Positions 40,106 through 51,800 of a DNA stretch of 64,000 bases are shown in pieces (the first letter of the stretch is position 1; every line of letters begins with the position of its first letter). Source of the DNA: an uncultured Acidimicrobiia bacterium. Its GTDB lineage: Bacteria > Acidobacteriota > Terriglobia > Versatilivoradales > Versatilivoraceae. The translations under genes and the position numbers were made by a program. The notes beneath the pieces were generated by a model. It did no database searches, had not been told where the DNA came from, and saw only the letters and a list, made by a program, of their open reading frames with translations. The stretch covers positions 1-64,000 of the forward strand of contig CAWBAT010000009.1 of assembly GCA_963786955.1 (NCBI GenBank). Direction: 5' to 3'.

Positions 40106-41164
40106 ATGGCAGATTTTCCCGAATCCAAAATATTCCATCCTGAACGCGATTCAACTTCACTTTCGGACGTTCCAGTCTTGGAAAGACTCAAAGCCAGCCA
40201 CAAGCAGATCCTGAACCAGATTCGCAAAGTGATTATTGGACAGGAACTCGTCGTGGAGCAGGTTCTGATCTCCCTCCTTGTCGGAGGACATTCCATCATC
40301 ACCGGGGTTCCAGGCCTCGCGAAAACTCTCTTAATCAAGACATTAGCCAGTGTGCTCGATTTGGAGTTCAAGCGCATTCAGTTCACGCCTGACTTGATGC
40401 CCGCCGATATCATGGGAACCGAGATCATCGAGGAAAATCATACGACGGGCCACCGGACAATGGTATTTGTCAAAGGGCCCATTTTCACGAATATTCTCCT
40501 TGCCGACGAAATCAACCGTACGCCTCCTAAAACCCAGTCTGCACTGCTCGAAGCAATGCAGGAGTTCAGTGCCACAGTGCAAGGCGTAACCTACAAACTA
40601 GACAGACCCTTCTTCGTGCTGGCGACGCAAAATCCAATCGAATTGGAAGGGACGTACCCTCTCCCGGAAGCACAGCTCGATCGCTTTATGTTCAATATCA
40701 TCATGGACTACCTTTCCGAGGAGGAGGAGATCCAGGTCGTCCAATCCACTACAGGAATTTATCAGGCGGATCTTGAACCGGTGGTTAGCGGTAAGGAGAT
40801 TCTCGATTTTCAACAGTTGATCCGCCAAGTTCCCGTTGCAGAATCCGTGATTCGATATGCGGTCAATCTAGTTCGTGCCTCACGCCCGAAGGACCCGACG
40901 GCACCAGAGTTTATCCGGTCCTGGGTAAATTACGGAGCCAGCTTAAGAGCATCCCAATATCTGATCTTGGGAAGCAAGGCCCGGGCCATTCTGCGTGGAC
41001 GTTATAACGTCTCAGTCGAAGATATCCGTAGCCTGGCACCCGCTGTTCTTCGGCACCGAATTCTCACAAACTTTCAGGCGGAGTCCGATCAAGTGGATTC
41101 CGACAAAGTGATCCAAAAGCTCCTCGACGCGGTCCCTGTTCCGAAAAGCGGGCTGAGTGTCTGA
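40106..41164 (+). CDS. moxR: MoxR-family AAA+ ATPase
   Basis: GVPGLAKT, RIQFTPDLMPADI, LADEINR, ATQNPIE, LPEAQLDRF. Confidence 0.95.
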   Translation: MADFPESKIFHPERDSTSLSDVPVLERLKASHKQILNQIRKVIIGQELVVEQVLISLLVGGHSIITGVPGLAKTLLIKTLASVLDLEFKRIQFTPDLMPADIMGTEIIEENHTTGHRTMVFVKGPIFTNILLADEINRTPPKTQSALLEAMQEFSATVQGVTYKLDRPFFVLATQNPIELEGTYPLPEAQLDRFMFNIIMDYLSEEEEIQVVQSTTGIYQADLEPVVSGKEILDFQQLIRQVPVAESVIRYAVNLVRASRPKDPTAPEFIRSWVNYGASLRASQYLILGSKARAILRGRYNVSVEDIRSLAPAVLRHRILTNFQAESDQVDSDKVIQKLLDAVPVPKSGLSV

Positions 41165-42122
41165 CGGTCCCACTCGGGCCGAAAGCCGCCGCTATTCATC
41201 GTTTATTAGCATGTCTCGACCAATTTCTCAGCACTCTCACTTGAGATTCTTGAAACCGGAGGTTCTGTGCCGCCTGGGTAATTTGGAACTCGTGGCTCGA
41301 ACGGTTGTCGAAGGATTTGTCGCCGGTCTTCACCGCTCTCCTTTTCTCGGATTTAGCGTTGATTTCGCCGAGTATCGCCAGTACATGCCGGGAGATGATA
41401 TCCGGAGAATCGACTGGAAAGTGTACGCCCGCTCGGACCGTCATTACGTTAAAGAGTACGAAGGAGAAACGAACACCTTTGTCTACCTGTTACTGGACGT
41501 GAGTGCCTCCATGTCATACTCATCAGTCCCAGTCCCGAAAATGGAATATGCCTCTTTCCTGGCCGCTTCTCTGGCTTATTTCGCGCAAAGACAAAAAGAT
41601 AGTGTGGGACTCGTTACATTCGATGAGGTAATTGTCGAAAAGATACCGGCACGCTGCCGCCAGGGACATCTAGCCAGAATCATGCATGCCTTGAACAAGG
41701 TAAAGCCCAAAGCTCAGTCAGAATTCACGCGACCACTGAACGCTATCGCTGAAAGTCTCCGGCGGCGCGGCATCGTTGTACTTATTTCAGACTTGCTGGC
41801 ACCCACGGAGGACATCATCCGTGGTCTCCATCAGCTCCGGCACAAAGGGAATGACCTGGTTGTTTTTCAAATTGTTGATCCTCAGGAAATGACCTTCGGC
41901 TTCAAGGGTCCGGGGCGGCTGGAGGATGTGGAAACGAAGCAGGTGATTTCATTTATTCCGGATCTTGGGCGAGAAGAGTATTTAAGAAGGCGGGAAGAGC
42001 ACGTGGCCAAGCTCAAGCACGCATGCGGCGCGCGAGGGATTGATTACCTACAACTGGATACCGGGCAACCGCTGGACTTCGCTCTCTACGAGTATCTTTC
42101 AACCCGGCGCAAGTCGCTGTAA
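41157..42122 (+). CDS. DUF58 (vWA-like) protein
   Basis: FAEYRQYMPGDDIRRIDWKVYAR, LDVSASM. Confidence 0.93.
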   Translation: MSDGPTRAESRRYSSFISMSRPISQHSHLRFLKPEVLCRLGNLELVARTVVEGFVAGLHRSPFLGFSVDFAEYRQYMPGDDIRRIDWKVYARSDRHYVKEYEGETNTFVYLLLDVSASMSYSSVPVPKMEYASFLAASLAYFAQRQKDSVGLVTFDEVIVEKIPARCRQGHLARIMHALNKVKPKAQSEFTRPLNAIAESLRRRGIVVLISDLLAPTEDIIRGLHQLRHKGNDLVVFQIVDPQEMTFGFKGPGRLEDVETKQVISFIPDLGREEYLRRREEHVAKLKHACGARGIDYLQLDTGQPLDFALYEYLSTRRKSL

Positions 42123-42224
42123 ATGTCGCGACCCTCGTCAAGCAGACGACGGCCGCCAGGAACGGCTTCCCTCTATTCAACCCAAGGTAAATTCCATCCG
42201 GAACAAAGCCGATCCCTCCAGACG

Positions 42225-44252
42225 TTAAGGAACATACTGAAAGATTCCCTGGTTCTCAGTCAGCGCAAAAAACTTTCCGCTTTCACTGGGGTTCATCCAG
42301 ATCCCTAACGGGCGAATGGTCTCCAGTCCGCGGCTATCAAAGCGATTCCAAGTCTTGCCGGAATCGGTGGAATGGAACAGCTGGCTGTAACCACGAGAGA
42401 GCAAATACAGTTCTGAGGGGTCCGAAGGCGATACGATAATCTGATTGATCGGGATGTTCTGGAGTTCCCCGCCGGACAATTCCCAGCTCTTCCCGGCGTC
42501 TTGAGACGTGATCAAGCCGCGTGACGTTGCGGCCACAACTTGTACCGGGGACATTGGAACGAGAGCGATGTCGAGAGCTTTATAGTCTCCGATTTGGAGG
42601 TTACTCTTCTCCCAAACCTTCCCCTGATCCTGAGATAACAGGATGCCCTCTGCCGAAATCACTGCCATCCACTGCGGATCGGTAGGATGAAAGGCCACCT
42701 TGTAAACAGCATTCCTACTTCCGATGCCATTGATCTGTTGCCAATGTTTCCCTTGATCGGCACTCTCAAATAGACCTTCTGCAGTCGCTGCATACAGACT
42801 CGCCGGGGAAGATTTTGAGAAAGTCACTTCATAGATCTTTACGGCCGGAAGGCGCACGTAGCGGACCGGCGTTGGTTTTACATAGTGCTTGCTTAGTGTC
42901 TCCCGCTTCGATGGTGCTTGAGTCACAACGGGTGTGCTCTCCCCGGTTATCGAGCGCCAAGTCTTGCCGGCATCTTCAGATTGCAGCAACCCCTCATACG
43001 TGCCTGCAAACAGGACTTTAGGGTTGCTGGGTGAGATGGCCATGGAAATGACATTTCTTCCCTGCAATGCCGCTTGATTCGCACTGAGATTCCAGCTCTT
43101 TCCCTGATCGCGGCTGGAGAAAATCCCGCCAAAATCCCCGTCATAAAGGCTCGTGGCATACAAGACATCTCCTGCAATAAAGCGGCTCATGTTCCGGTTA
43201 ATAAAGCCTTCATTCATGGCACGAAAACGCACCCCCCCATCAGAACTCTTGAGGATGCCACTGCGATCGGTCGCCAGAAAAATAACATTGTGATCTCTAG
43301 GATCAATGGTCAATGAGTTGATGACATAGGGATAAAGATTGATCTTCAACCAAGAGAGCCCACCGTCGATGGATTTCCAGAGCCCCTGCGTCGTTCCAGC
43401 ATAAAGAATTTTCTCGTCAACAGGGTCCTGAAGGATGAGGTGGGTTCTGCGGTTCGTCACCGGAATCCCCGGCATCTTCACCCATTGTTCCCCCCTAGAG
43501 CTGCTCCGATAGATGCCGCTGCAGGCACTGGCATAGATGTGTTCCGGGTCCTTATGATCGACCGCAATGGAGAACATGTCCGAATCATCGATCATCCCCT
43601 GGTGAACCTGCTTCCAGCTCGCTCCCCCGTCCATAGTCCTCCACGGTAGATGAGGAGTCCCTGCATAAATGATATTCGGATTTTCCGGATCCAGCGCCAG
43701 AGAAACGACCCCCTTCAATTCAGGATGATTTTGCGGCGAAATCCGCTTCCATGTTGCCCCCGAATCCAGACTTCGAAAAACTCCCGTCAGCGTGCCCGCT
43801 ACCAACATCTCCGTGTTCTTGGGGTGCACCGCAAGCGAGAGCACTGGCCATTTCTCAGTCGCCTCCAGCAGAGCCCATGATTTCCCCCCATCCACAGTTT
43901 TATAGACGCCTCCAACACTGGTTGCGGCATTGGGAATGATGGAGTCTTCGGCAACTCCTAGGTAAAGAACCATCGGGTTTTTCGGGGTTAATACAATCGA
44001 ATTCAAGGCCGCGTTTTCCCCCAAAGTTAAGGGTAACAGCGTCCATTGCTGGGCGCCGTTCGAAGAATAATAAATCTTCCCGTTCTTCGTTGTAACCCAC
44101 ATCCTGTCCGGATTTGAGGGATCTAAAACAATCTTGAGGGCGTGCCCGCCAAAGGGGCCTTTGGGTACCCATTCGGCCAAGAGAGATCGACTAGAAGAAC
44201 CCGCCAACAAAAGCAGTAGTAAAGACAGCCCCAGACTCAATGGTTTTTTCAT
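42225..44252 (-). CDS. Secreted BNR/Asp-box beta-propeller protein (VPS10/YCF48-like)
   Basis: Many S-x-D-x-G-x-T/S-W repeats and a signal peptide. Confidence 0.9.
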   Translation of the reverse strand: MKKPLSLGLSLLLLLLAGSSSRSLLAEWVPKGPFGGHALKIVLDPSNPDRMWVTTKNGKIYYSSNGAQQWTLLPLTLGENAALNSIVLTPKNPMVLYLGVAEDSIIPNAATSVGGVYKTVDGGKSWALLEATEKWPVLSLAVHPKNTEMLVAGTLTGVFRSLDSGATWKRISPQNHPELKGVVSLALDPENPNIIYAGTPHLPWRTMDGGASWKQVHQGMIDDSDMFSIAVDHKDPEHIYASACSGIYRSSSRGEQWVKMPGIPVTNRRTHLILQDPVDEKILYAGTTQGLWKSIDGGLSWLKINLYPYVINSLTIDPRDHNVIFLATDRSGILKSSDGGVRFRAMNEGFINRNMSRFIAGDVLYATSLYDGDFGGIFSSRDQGKSWNLSANQAALQGRNVISMAISPSNPKVLFAGTYEGLLQSEDAGKTWRSITGESTPVVTQAPSKRETLSKHYVKPTPVRYVRLPAVKIYEVTFSKSSPASLYAATAEGLFESADQGKHWQQINGIGSRNAVYKVAFHPTDPQWMAVISAEGILLSQDQGKVWEKSNLQIGDYKALDIALVPMSPVQVVAATSRGLITSQDAGKSWELSGGELQNIPINQIIVSPSDPSELYLLSRGYSQLFHSTDSGKTWNRFDSRGLETIRPLGIWMNPSESGKFFALTENQGIFQYVP

Positions 44253-44394
44253 GGAGTTTTCCGTTTCGGTAAATTTTTATGGATTGGGCAGGGACAGAAA
44301 CCTGTAGTCCGCGTGGACCTGCTGGCCCTTTTTGCCCTCATTGGTGATGGATCGGACGGGGATAAGCCTGACTTTAACAAATAAGCGGAGAAAT

Positions 44395-44422
44395 GGGGAT
44401 GCGGGAGTTCTCCCGCATCCCC
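44395..44422 (-). terminator. Probable intrinsic terminator of the OmpA-like gene
   Basis: GGGGATGCGGGAG-TT-CTCCCGCATCCCC hairpin followed by ATTTCT on the minus strand. Confidence 0.65.
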
Positions 44423-44440
44423 CACTACTAAATGGCTAAA

Positions 44441-46247
44441 TTACTTCGGACACCCTTTCTTGCGGACTTCATTATCCGGAACGCGCTTAGCCCGGAGGAG
44501 ATGCCCACCAATGGAAGCACCTTTTTCAACCAGCCAGATCTCAACCCGACGATTCTTGGCTTTCTCGTCTGCTGAGGATACCGCATCTGACTTCTTTTCC
44601 TTCGTGCTGGCGTCGCAGATTGAGGACTTAAATTCACTCTCTTCTTCCGTCCCAACCCATGCTGCCAAGATGCGGTTTAGTTCGATATCTTTGCAGGTAT
44701 CTCCCTTGCCGATCAGGAAAGCAGCGGTATTGAGTGCACGTTGACGATCCAACGAAGTCGGTTTATTGCTCACCTTGCTTTTCTCCGAAGGATCGACATG
44801 GCCGACTAGAATGACATCGAATTCACGATATTTCGAATCCGTCATCTGAGCATAAAGCTCATTGGCCAGAATCCGCTTCGCGCAGTTGTTTACACGAGCA
44901 CTATTCTCCGCAAAGTTGATATCCGACAACTGAATGACCTTTAGTTTCTCCACGACCGGTGGTGGCGGAGCCTGATAGCAAACTGAAACTTCCTTCGTCG
45001 CGGTCGCCTTGCCACCTTTTTCATCTGAACAATCCATCGTGACCATCACTTTCTTGCACTGACGGTCCTGTGAATTCTCATTAAAGCTAATTCCAGTCGT
45101 GTCCAGAACCGCATTCGGTGTACCCTGCCCGCTCGCAATGCTCCCTTGATTGGAAGACCAGCGATAGGCTAACGCACCGGAACATTCGGAGCCAGCACAC
45201 GTCCCCGTCAACCGGACTTTGTCCCCTTTCTTGACTTCCGCACGATCGATCGAGATGGATGCCTGCGGGGCCTTGTATTCTTTCACCGTTATGCTAATGG
45301 TCCGGTCGGCAGCAGCTCCCGGATTCTTCTTGATCGCCTTGAGGTCTTGCTTGGTCAAACCCGCCGCGTTGTAAAATACATGCACCGCCACATCATACTG
45401 CCCCGCTTGCCCCGGTGCCGTAAACGTGTATTCCGGCCCTGTGGAAACTTCTTGCCCTTTCACCGTCCACTTGTAGGTGATCTTGTTGGCAGGAATCGAG
45501 TCGGTTGCCGAGATCCTCAGCGTGCTGGTTTCGCCCGGGCAAAGCGCGGCTTTGCTGGCTTCAATATTGGGGCCAACGTTAAACGTGTGAACGATAGGAG
45601 GCGCAATGTTCCCCAACATGAACATCAAGCCCAATTGAACTTGCGGGTTCCACAACCAACTAGCTTCCGATGGGTTGGGAAATCGAATGTCGGGGTCTTC
45701 TCAGAAAAGCACGGATACTGAGGTCTAACGCAACTCGCTCCGTAATCTTCCCTTGAACACCTCCGCCAAAGTTGCCCGCAAACTTGTTGCTCCCTTGGAG
45801 GTAGGGTTGGGTACTCGAATTTTGGGACTGAGCCGCGTCAGTGGGACGAAACATATTCACCCCAGCACCAACGCTCACGTAAGGCCGAACTCGTGCATCT
45901 CTTTCGTAACCATACCAGTTGGCGTTGCCATAGAACTCATTCATTCGAGTCCCATAGTATTCCGGGCCATTACGGATGTTGTTGTTACCGTAGGCTATGG
46001 ACTGCTCCAAACCGAAATGATCGGTAAACATTTCTCGGAACCGAACACCAACTCTACCACCCGGTATGAACTTGTACGGTATAAGCGTATTGGGAGTCGG
46101 ATATGACGTACGGAAATTGCTGCCATAATACCAAGACCCGCCGCCGAATACACCGATCTGCGCTTTTTCTTGTGCCACCAGTGTCAAACTGGCGCCCAAG
46201 AGACAACTGCTGATGATCATCACTTTTAACAGCCACCTTGCTCGCAT
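44441..46247 (-). CDS. OmpA-like protein: outer-membrane beta-barrel + two PKD/Ig-like domains + OmpA_C domain (indels at ~45670-45705)
   Basis: 45660..46247 gives the signal and barrel strands (VRPYVSVGAG). 44441..45655 gives the last strand, YKWTV/YRWSS Ig repeats, INFAENS, GHVD, RA and NRRVEI. Confidence 0.82.
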
Positions 46248-46458
46248 CTAATGCCTCCATTTTGAAAAGTAGATAAATTGTAAAACGGTCCTGCACGTCA
46301 ACTGAACGAAAGACTGAGATCCTATTTGAAACTCATTGATGAAACACAAAAATCAATAAGGCCATACGATAAATATTGACGCCCCCTGCAATCAAGCGGA
46401 AGTTTATACCCTATTGGTAGTGTAAAACAAGCTCTTGCGTATTTTTTGTTCAAAAAAT

Positions 46459-46634
46459 AAGGCTAAGGAAGAAGTCCGCGATTAGGACTCCCATTTGCTG
46501 TCCTCTTAACGAATCTATATACCACAATTAGAAGCTACTTATGCAACTTAAAAAACAGCAGGGTTTCGGAGAACATGATTGTCCTAAAAGCAAGAGAACG
46601 CCTTTGGACTTTTTCCAGGACTCTCCTTAGCCTT
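46459..46634. other. Long nested inverted repeat in the divergent intergenic region (candidate structured RNA or invertible segment)
   Basis: AAGGCTAAGGA/TCCTTAGCCTT, AGTCC/GGACT, TTAGGAC/GTCCTAA and TGCTGT/ACAGCA, nested collinearly. Confidence 0.45.
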
Positions 46635-46745
46635 TTGAGTGACACTTCAATTGGTCCTGGTCTTGGACTTCAGGACATAACATGCTAGACTTAAGATGTT
46701 GGATTCAAAAGGAATGAGCCTAAAGGCTCCCCCCATCACAGATCC

Positions 46746-48866
46746 ATGAATTTTCTTAACCCGCTCTTTTTATTGGGCCTGACTACCCTCATTGGTCCCA
46801 TCCTCATCCATTTGATACGGAAAGACGATTCTCAAAAAATCCTGTTCAGCTCGATCATTTTTGTCAAGGCCGCACCGCTCAAATCCTGGAAACATCAAAC
46901 CGTGAGTAACTGGCCTCTCTTGCTTCTAAGGATCCTAGGGATTCTGCTCCTAATACTCGGATTTGCGAGACCCTATCTCACGTCCATGACCGCTCATTCT
47001 CTGCAGCTTCCTGGTTCACGATCCGTCGTTGTGCTTCTCGACAATTCATTCAGCATGCGTCTAGGGGACCATTTCGAAAAAGGGAAAGAGATTGCTGAGA
47101 AAATCATCAACGGCATTTCCGATCGCGACACCCTACAAATGGCCTTTTTCTCGGATACGGTCCAGGTTCTGAATCAGCCGGCACAGAAATCTAAAGACCT
47201 GTCATCAGAACTTGTGGGCGTCGGACCTAGCTTTCGAAAATCGGATTATGTTTCAAGCCTGCAATATGCTTCCCATCAGATGTTTTTGACCTCTGGTACA
47301 GCATCTAGGGAGCTTCACCTCATTAGCGACTTTCAGGAATCGGGCTGGAATCCTCACGGAGAGCTGCGTCTGAACGAAGGCGTACAGATCGTCCCTCATG
47401 ACGTTGCTGATTTACCGGTTGCCAACTTGTCAGTGAATTCTCCCCGCTATGAATTAGACTCAAATCGCGACGCTCATTTTTCAGTCCAGGTGGCATCTTG
47501 CGGAAAGCGCGATTCAGAAAGCATCACCATTAATCTGTTCTTAAACGAAAAGCTGGTCCAAGAACAAACCCTACTCCTCAAACCCGGCGAAGCCCGTTGG
47601 GTAGAATTTACCAAGGTGAGCCTACCGTCCGAAATTCGCTCGGGCAGGTTTTCGCTTCGTTCGAGTGACCAGCTTAAGGAAGATGACCAGTGCTATTTTA
47701 GTGTCAGTCCCCAGAAACCTTATCGAATTCTGATCCTCTCCGATCGGGTTCATCCGGACAATCTTTACCTAAGCAGTGCCCTTGCAGCCGGCACCGAGTC
47801 TGTATTCCAAATGGAGCTCTCCAATGCCGAGAGGGCTGTCGCTTCAGACTTGAGCCGTTATTCCGCCATCGTTCTGAACAACGTCTCCACGCTCCCATCC
47901 GCCTACCCTTCACTGTTGGAGTCCTACGTACAGCAAGGGGGAAAACTTTGGGTTATCTTAGGCAGCAGAACCGACATCCATTTCTTCAACTCAGCAATGT
48001 CACGATTGTTGCCTGCCACGTTGATGCGAAAGCAGACTTCTGATAAAAGAGCCGTGAAATGGCACGTCGCAAAAGTAGAGAACAGGCATCGAGCCTTTGA
48101 AATCTTTAGCCCCACTCATCTTTCACAATTCAGATCGATTTCCTTCTCGGGACGCATTCTATGTCAGCCAAGGGAAGGAACTCAGGCACTAGCCTCATTT
48201 GACGATGGGCAGCCTTTGCTCCTGGAAACAACTATCGGGAAAGGTTCCTCCTGGTTGTACTGCTCCTCAGTCCATCCCGACTGGAGCGATTTCCCTTTCG
48301 ATCCGCTCTTCGTTCCCTTTGTCCAGCAAATAGCCAGGGATCTCATCAACATCAATGATGCCAAAAAATCCTACTCGGTTGGGGATAGCCTCCCTTTAGC
48401 ATTGCTCAACCCTCAGTTCATGAAGGGAATCTCCCTTATCGCAGCGCTCACAGATTCATTTACTCACAATTGGAAAGTCATCAGCCCTTCAGGGAAGCCC
48501 ATTGACCTCAAGGGAAAAAGTCTGGATTCATTTTTGACCGTCGAAGAACAGGGGTTCTATGCAACAAGAGTTCAGAACGTTGATCACATCGTTGCCGTCA
48601 ACATTGATCCCGGAGAATCAAAATTGGAAGCCTTTGACCCAAACGTCCGTTTTGCTGCGTTACAGAGATCCGGCGGGGGGCGCATGGGTTCCGGGGTAAC
48701 GGGTCGAGGACTTCGTGAAGACCCACTTCAAGTCGAGGGTCGACAAGGAATAGGGCCTATCCTCTTGGCACTCGCTCTAGTGGTATTTATCATGGAGAGC
48801 TTATTGTCCTATCATTTCGATCAACGAAGAATTAGATCCCACGTCGGAATACGAGGAGAAAGGTAA
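46746..48866 (+). CDS. BatA N-terminal domain + vWA membrane protein
   Basis: MNFLNPLFLLGL..PILIHL, LLLLRIL..FARP, LDNSFSM MIDAS, ISDFQ, C-terminal TM. Confidence 0.9.
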   Translation: MNFLNPLFLLGLTTLIGPILIHLIRKDDSQKILFSSIIFVKAAPLKSWKHQTVSNWPLLLLRILGILLLILGFARPYLTSMTAHSLQLPGSRSVVVLLDNSFSMRLGDHFEKGKEIAEKIINGISDRDTLQMAFFSDTVQVLNQPAQKSKDLSSELVGVGPSFRKSDYVSSLQYASHQMFLTSGTASRELHLISDFQESGWNPHGELRLNEGVQIVPHDVADLPVANLSVNSPRYELDSNRDAHFSVQVASCGKRDSESITINLFLNEKLVQEQTLLLKPGEARWVEFTKVSLPSEIRSGRFSLRSSDQLKEDDQCYFSVSPQKPYRILILSDRVHPDNLYLSSALAAGTESVFQMELSNAERAVASDLSRYSAIVLNNVSTLPSAYPSLLESYVQQGGKLWVILGSRTDIHFFNSAMSRLLPATLMRKQTSDKRAVKWHVAKVENRHRAFEIFSPTHLSQFRSISFSGRILCQPREGTQALASFDDGQPLLLETTIGKGSSWLYCSSVHPDWSDFPFDPLFVPFVQQIARDLININDAKKSYSVGDSLPLALLNPQFMKGISLIAALTDSFTHNWKVISPSGKPIDLKGKSLDSFLTVEEQGFYATRVQNVDHIVAVNIDPGESKLEAFDPNVRFAALQRSGGGRMGSGVTGRGLREDPLQVEGRQGIGPILLALALVVFIMESLLSYHFDQRRIRSHVGIRGER

Positions 48867-48873
48867 GAAGCCT

Positions 48874-51800
48874 ATGGAGAGACTTCGTTTCTCCTCATTA
48901 GGAAAGCAAGGCTTAGCACCCGGCCAGACTCTTGGATACTCGCGTATCCTGCGGGAGATCGATGTCGTCAGGCGAAAGCTTAAGCTGATTCAAGCCACTC
49001 GAGGACTCGCTCTCTTCCTTGGGATATCGCTTCCATTCTGGGCCTTGACTGTAATCACTGTTGATCATTGGAATTACACCCGGAACATTCTCACTTTTTC
49101 TCGAATTGCCTTCTTACTTATCCTGTTCGTCCTATTTACCTATTTCCTGCTCCGCCCTTGGTTCGAACAAATCACAAGACAAAAGGTCGCACGATATATT
49201 GAGGAAAGGCATCCAGAGCTTAAGGATCGACTCGTGAGCGTTGTTGAAATTGGCGGAAATGGAGCCCGAGGAGACTTCTCGAATCCTTTTTTCCCGTTAC
49301 TACTCCGCGATGCACTGGAAAGCTGTCAAAAGATCGAAGCGCGGTCTTTGTTTAGCCGCAACGCTTTATGGCTTCCGGCTTCAGTGGCAGGTTTGTTGAT
49401 CTTCGGATTTGCCGCAACTCTTTCTTTCGGGCCAAATTATCTGCGCCACGCTACGCTCAGGCTGTATATGCCTTGGTGGCTTGAGAATGCTCCTCCTCTT
49501 TACAGTATCCACGTCAGCCCCGGAACAGTTGAATTACCCAAGGGCTCCGAGTTGCTCGTCACCGCCAGCCTGATTGGATTAGACAGGTCCGAAGCCTTTC
49601 TCTTCTCACGACACGAGAACACACCGGACTGGGAAAAGCGGCGAATGGAGCCGGAAAAGGCTTCGAATGCATTTAGGTTTCTCTTTCTAGACTTGAACGA
49701 GGATCTTCGATACTACGTGCGGAGCGGGACATTACAATCCGAGGAGTTTTCAATTACGACCCTGGAGCAGCCGCGTGTGAAGCAAATTGATGTGACTTAT
49801 CATTACCCAGCTTACACCGGTCTCCCAGTCCGTACCGAAGAAGATGCCGGTGAAATTGCAGGGATCCGAGGGACTCACGTTACTCTGTCGATCCATCTCG
49901 GTCGCGACTTATCAGGCGGCAGCATCTTGATGCAAGATGGCACACGATTACCGCTGGCAAAGAATGGATCCCATCATTTGGAGGGAAGTTTTCAACTTTT
50001 AAAGGATTCTTCATGTCGAATCCAGTGGCTCGATCCAAGCCGTAACTTCCTCACAGCTTCAAACGAATACCCCATTAAAGTGCTGGATGACCAGCCTCCA
50101 TTGGTATCCTTCCAAAAGCCGGGTCGGGACAAGAAAGTGACCCAATTGGAGGAGGTCGTGACAGAAGTAAAGGCCGCCGACGACTTCGGCATTCGTTCAT
50201 TAGCGCTTCACTTTTCAGTCAATGGAGGGAAGGAAAATGTGGTCCCGCTCTTTGGGGATAACTCTTTCTCGACACATGGGCCTGCCGATCCAGAGGAAGA
50301 AAGCCCTATCGATCATTCGAAGGCATGGCCCTCGCCTGGAATCAAACCCTCCCGTTCGATGGCGGCAACGCATACTTTTTTTCTAGAAGAATTCAAACTC
50401 GAGCCGGGGGACTTGATTTCTTATTTTGCCACGGCCTCTGATGTGCGATCTTTGACGACCTCCGACATTTATTTTCTCGAGATTCGTCCTTTCGGAAAGC
50501 AATATTCCCAACATCAAGTCTCCCAAGGATCAGAAGCAGACGCTTCGGCTGCCGACACGGTGCTATCGATTCGCCAGAAAGAAATCCTGGCCGCAACCTG
50601 GCGCCTCATTCGAGACCGTAAGACTTTTCGGGAAGACGAATACCAAAGCAATCTAAAGCTCGTGACAGCCCAACAATACAAATTGCAACAACAAACCCAG
50701 ACGCTCTCAGAAAGAATTCAACGGCGAGCGCTCACCATCAGGGACAAAGACATCCAGAAGCTGTCCGAAAACTTGATCAAGGCAATCGCGTCCATGTCCC
50801 CTGCCGAGGGATTTCTGTCGGCAGGAAAACCAGCGGAAGCGGTGAGCCCCGAACAGGTTTCCCTTCAATACCTGCTGCGGGCCGAAGCTTATTACAAGCA
50901 AGTGCAAGTGGCCTATGGAAAGATTTCGGGTCCACAAGCCGAGAACTTGGGCGCCCAAGAACTCGAGAATCTCTTCGAACTTGAGCTAGACAAGCTCAAG
51001 AACCAATTTGAAACACAGCGGCCGCGCGGTTCGAACTTCAACAAGAAAGAACTCGATGAAGCCCTTCACAAATTGCAAGAATTAGCGCAGCGTCAGCAGC
51101 AGCTCTTGGAGCACAAGAAAAGACAACTCGGGCCGCAGACGACTGATTCTGCCCATAACACCAGCTCAGATCTTCAGGCCATTGAGCAGGAAGCCGAGAA
51201 ACTCGCCCGGCAACTGGAACGATTGTCACGGGAAATGCAAGACCCCGCGTTAGATCGTGCCAGCCAGCAGATGCGACAAGCCACACAGGATCTTCGCACA
51301 TCGGAAGGGCCTTCTCCTCGCCAAGGCTCGGAGAACCGCGGGCTACAGGCCTTGAGCCGGATGAATGAGGTTCAGCAGCTCCTCGACCGCAAATTAAATG
51401 GAAGCCTCAAGCAAGAAGTCGAGCACCTAAGAAACAGTGCCCAGAATCTCAGCGGGCGACAGGAACATGTCCAGCAGGCTTTGGATTCCCTGGAAAGACA
51501 GTCCACCGCCATGGCGCCCGATTCCTCTTTTTCCGAAAGGAACAAACCGGGTGAGCCCTTATCGCAAGAAAAACAACAAATTCTCCGAGAGAAGCATGAG
51601 CTGGCTCAGTCGGCGGTGAGGATGGAGCAAGAACTCCGGGATGCAGCGCGAAAGGCAGCGAATGAACAAAAGGCACTTTCTCAGAAGCTTCAGGCAGCGG
51701 CAAAGTTTCTTCGTGAGAGTCGACTCGAAGAAAACGTCCGGCAGAGCGGCCGTCTTATTTCGAGCAACTTATTTAGAATGGCCCAACAGGCTGAAAAACA

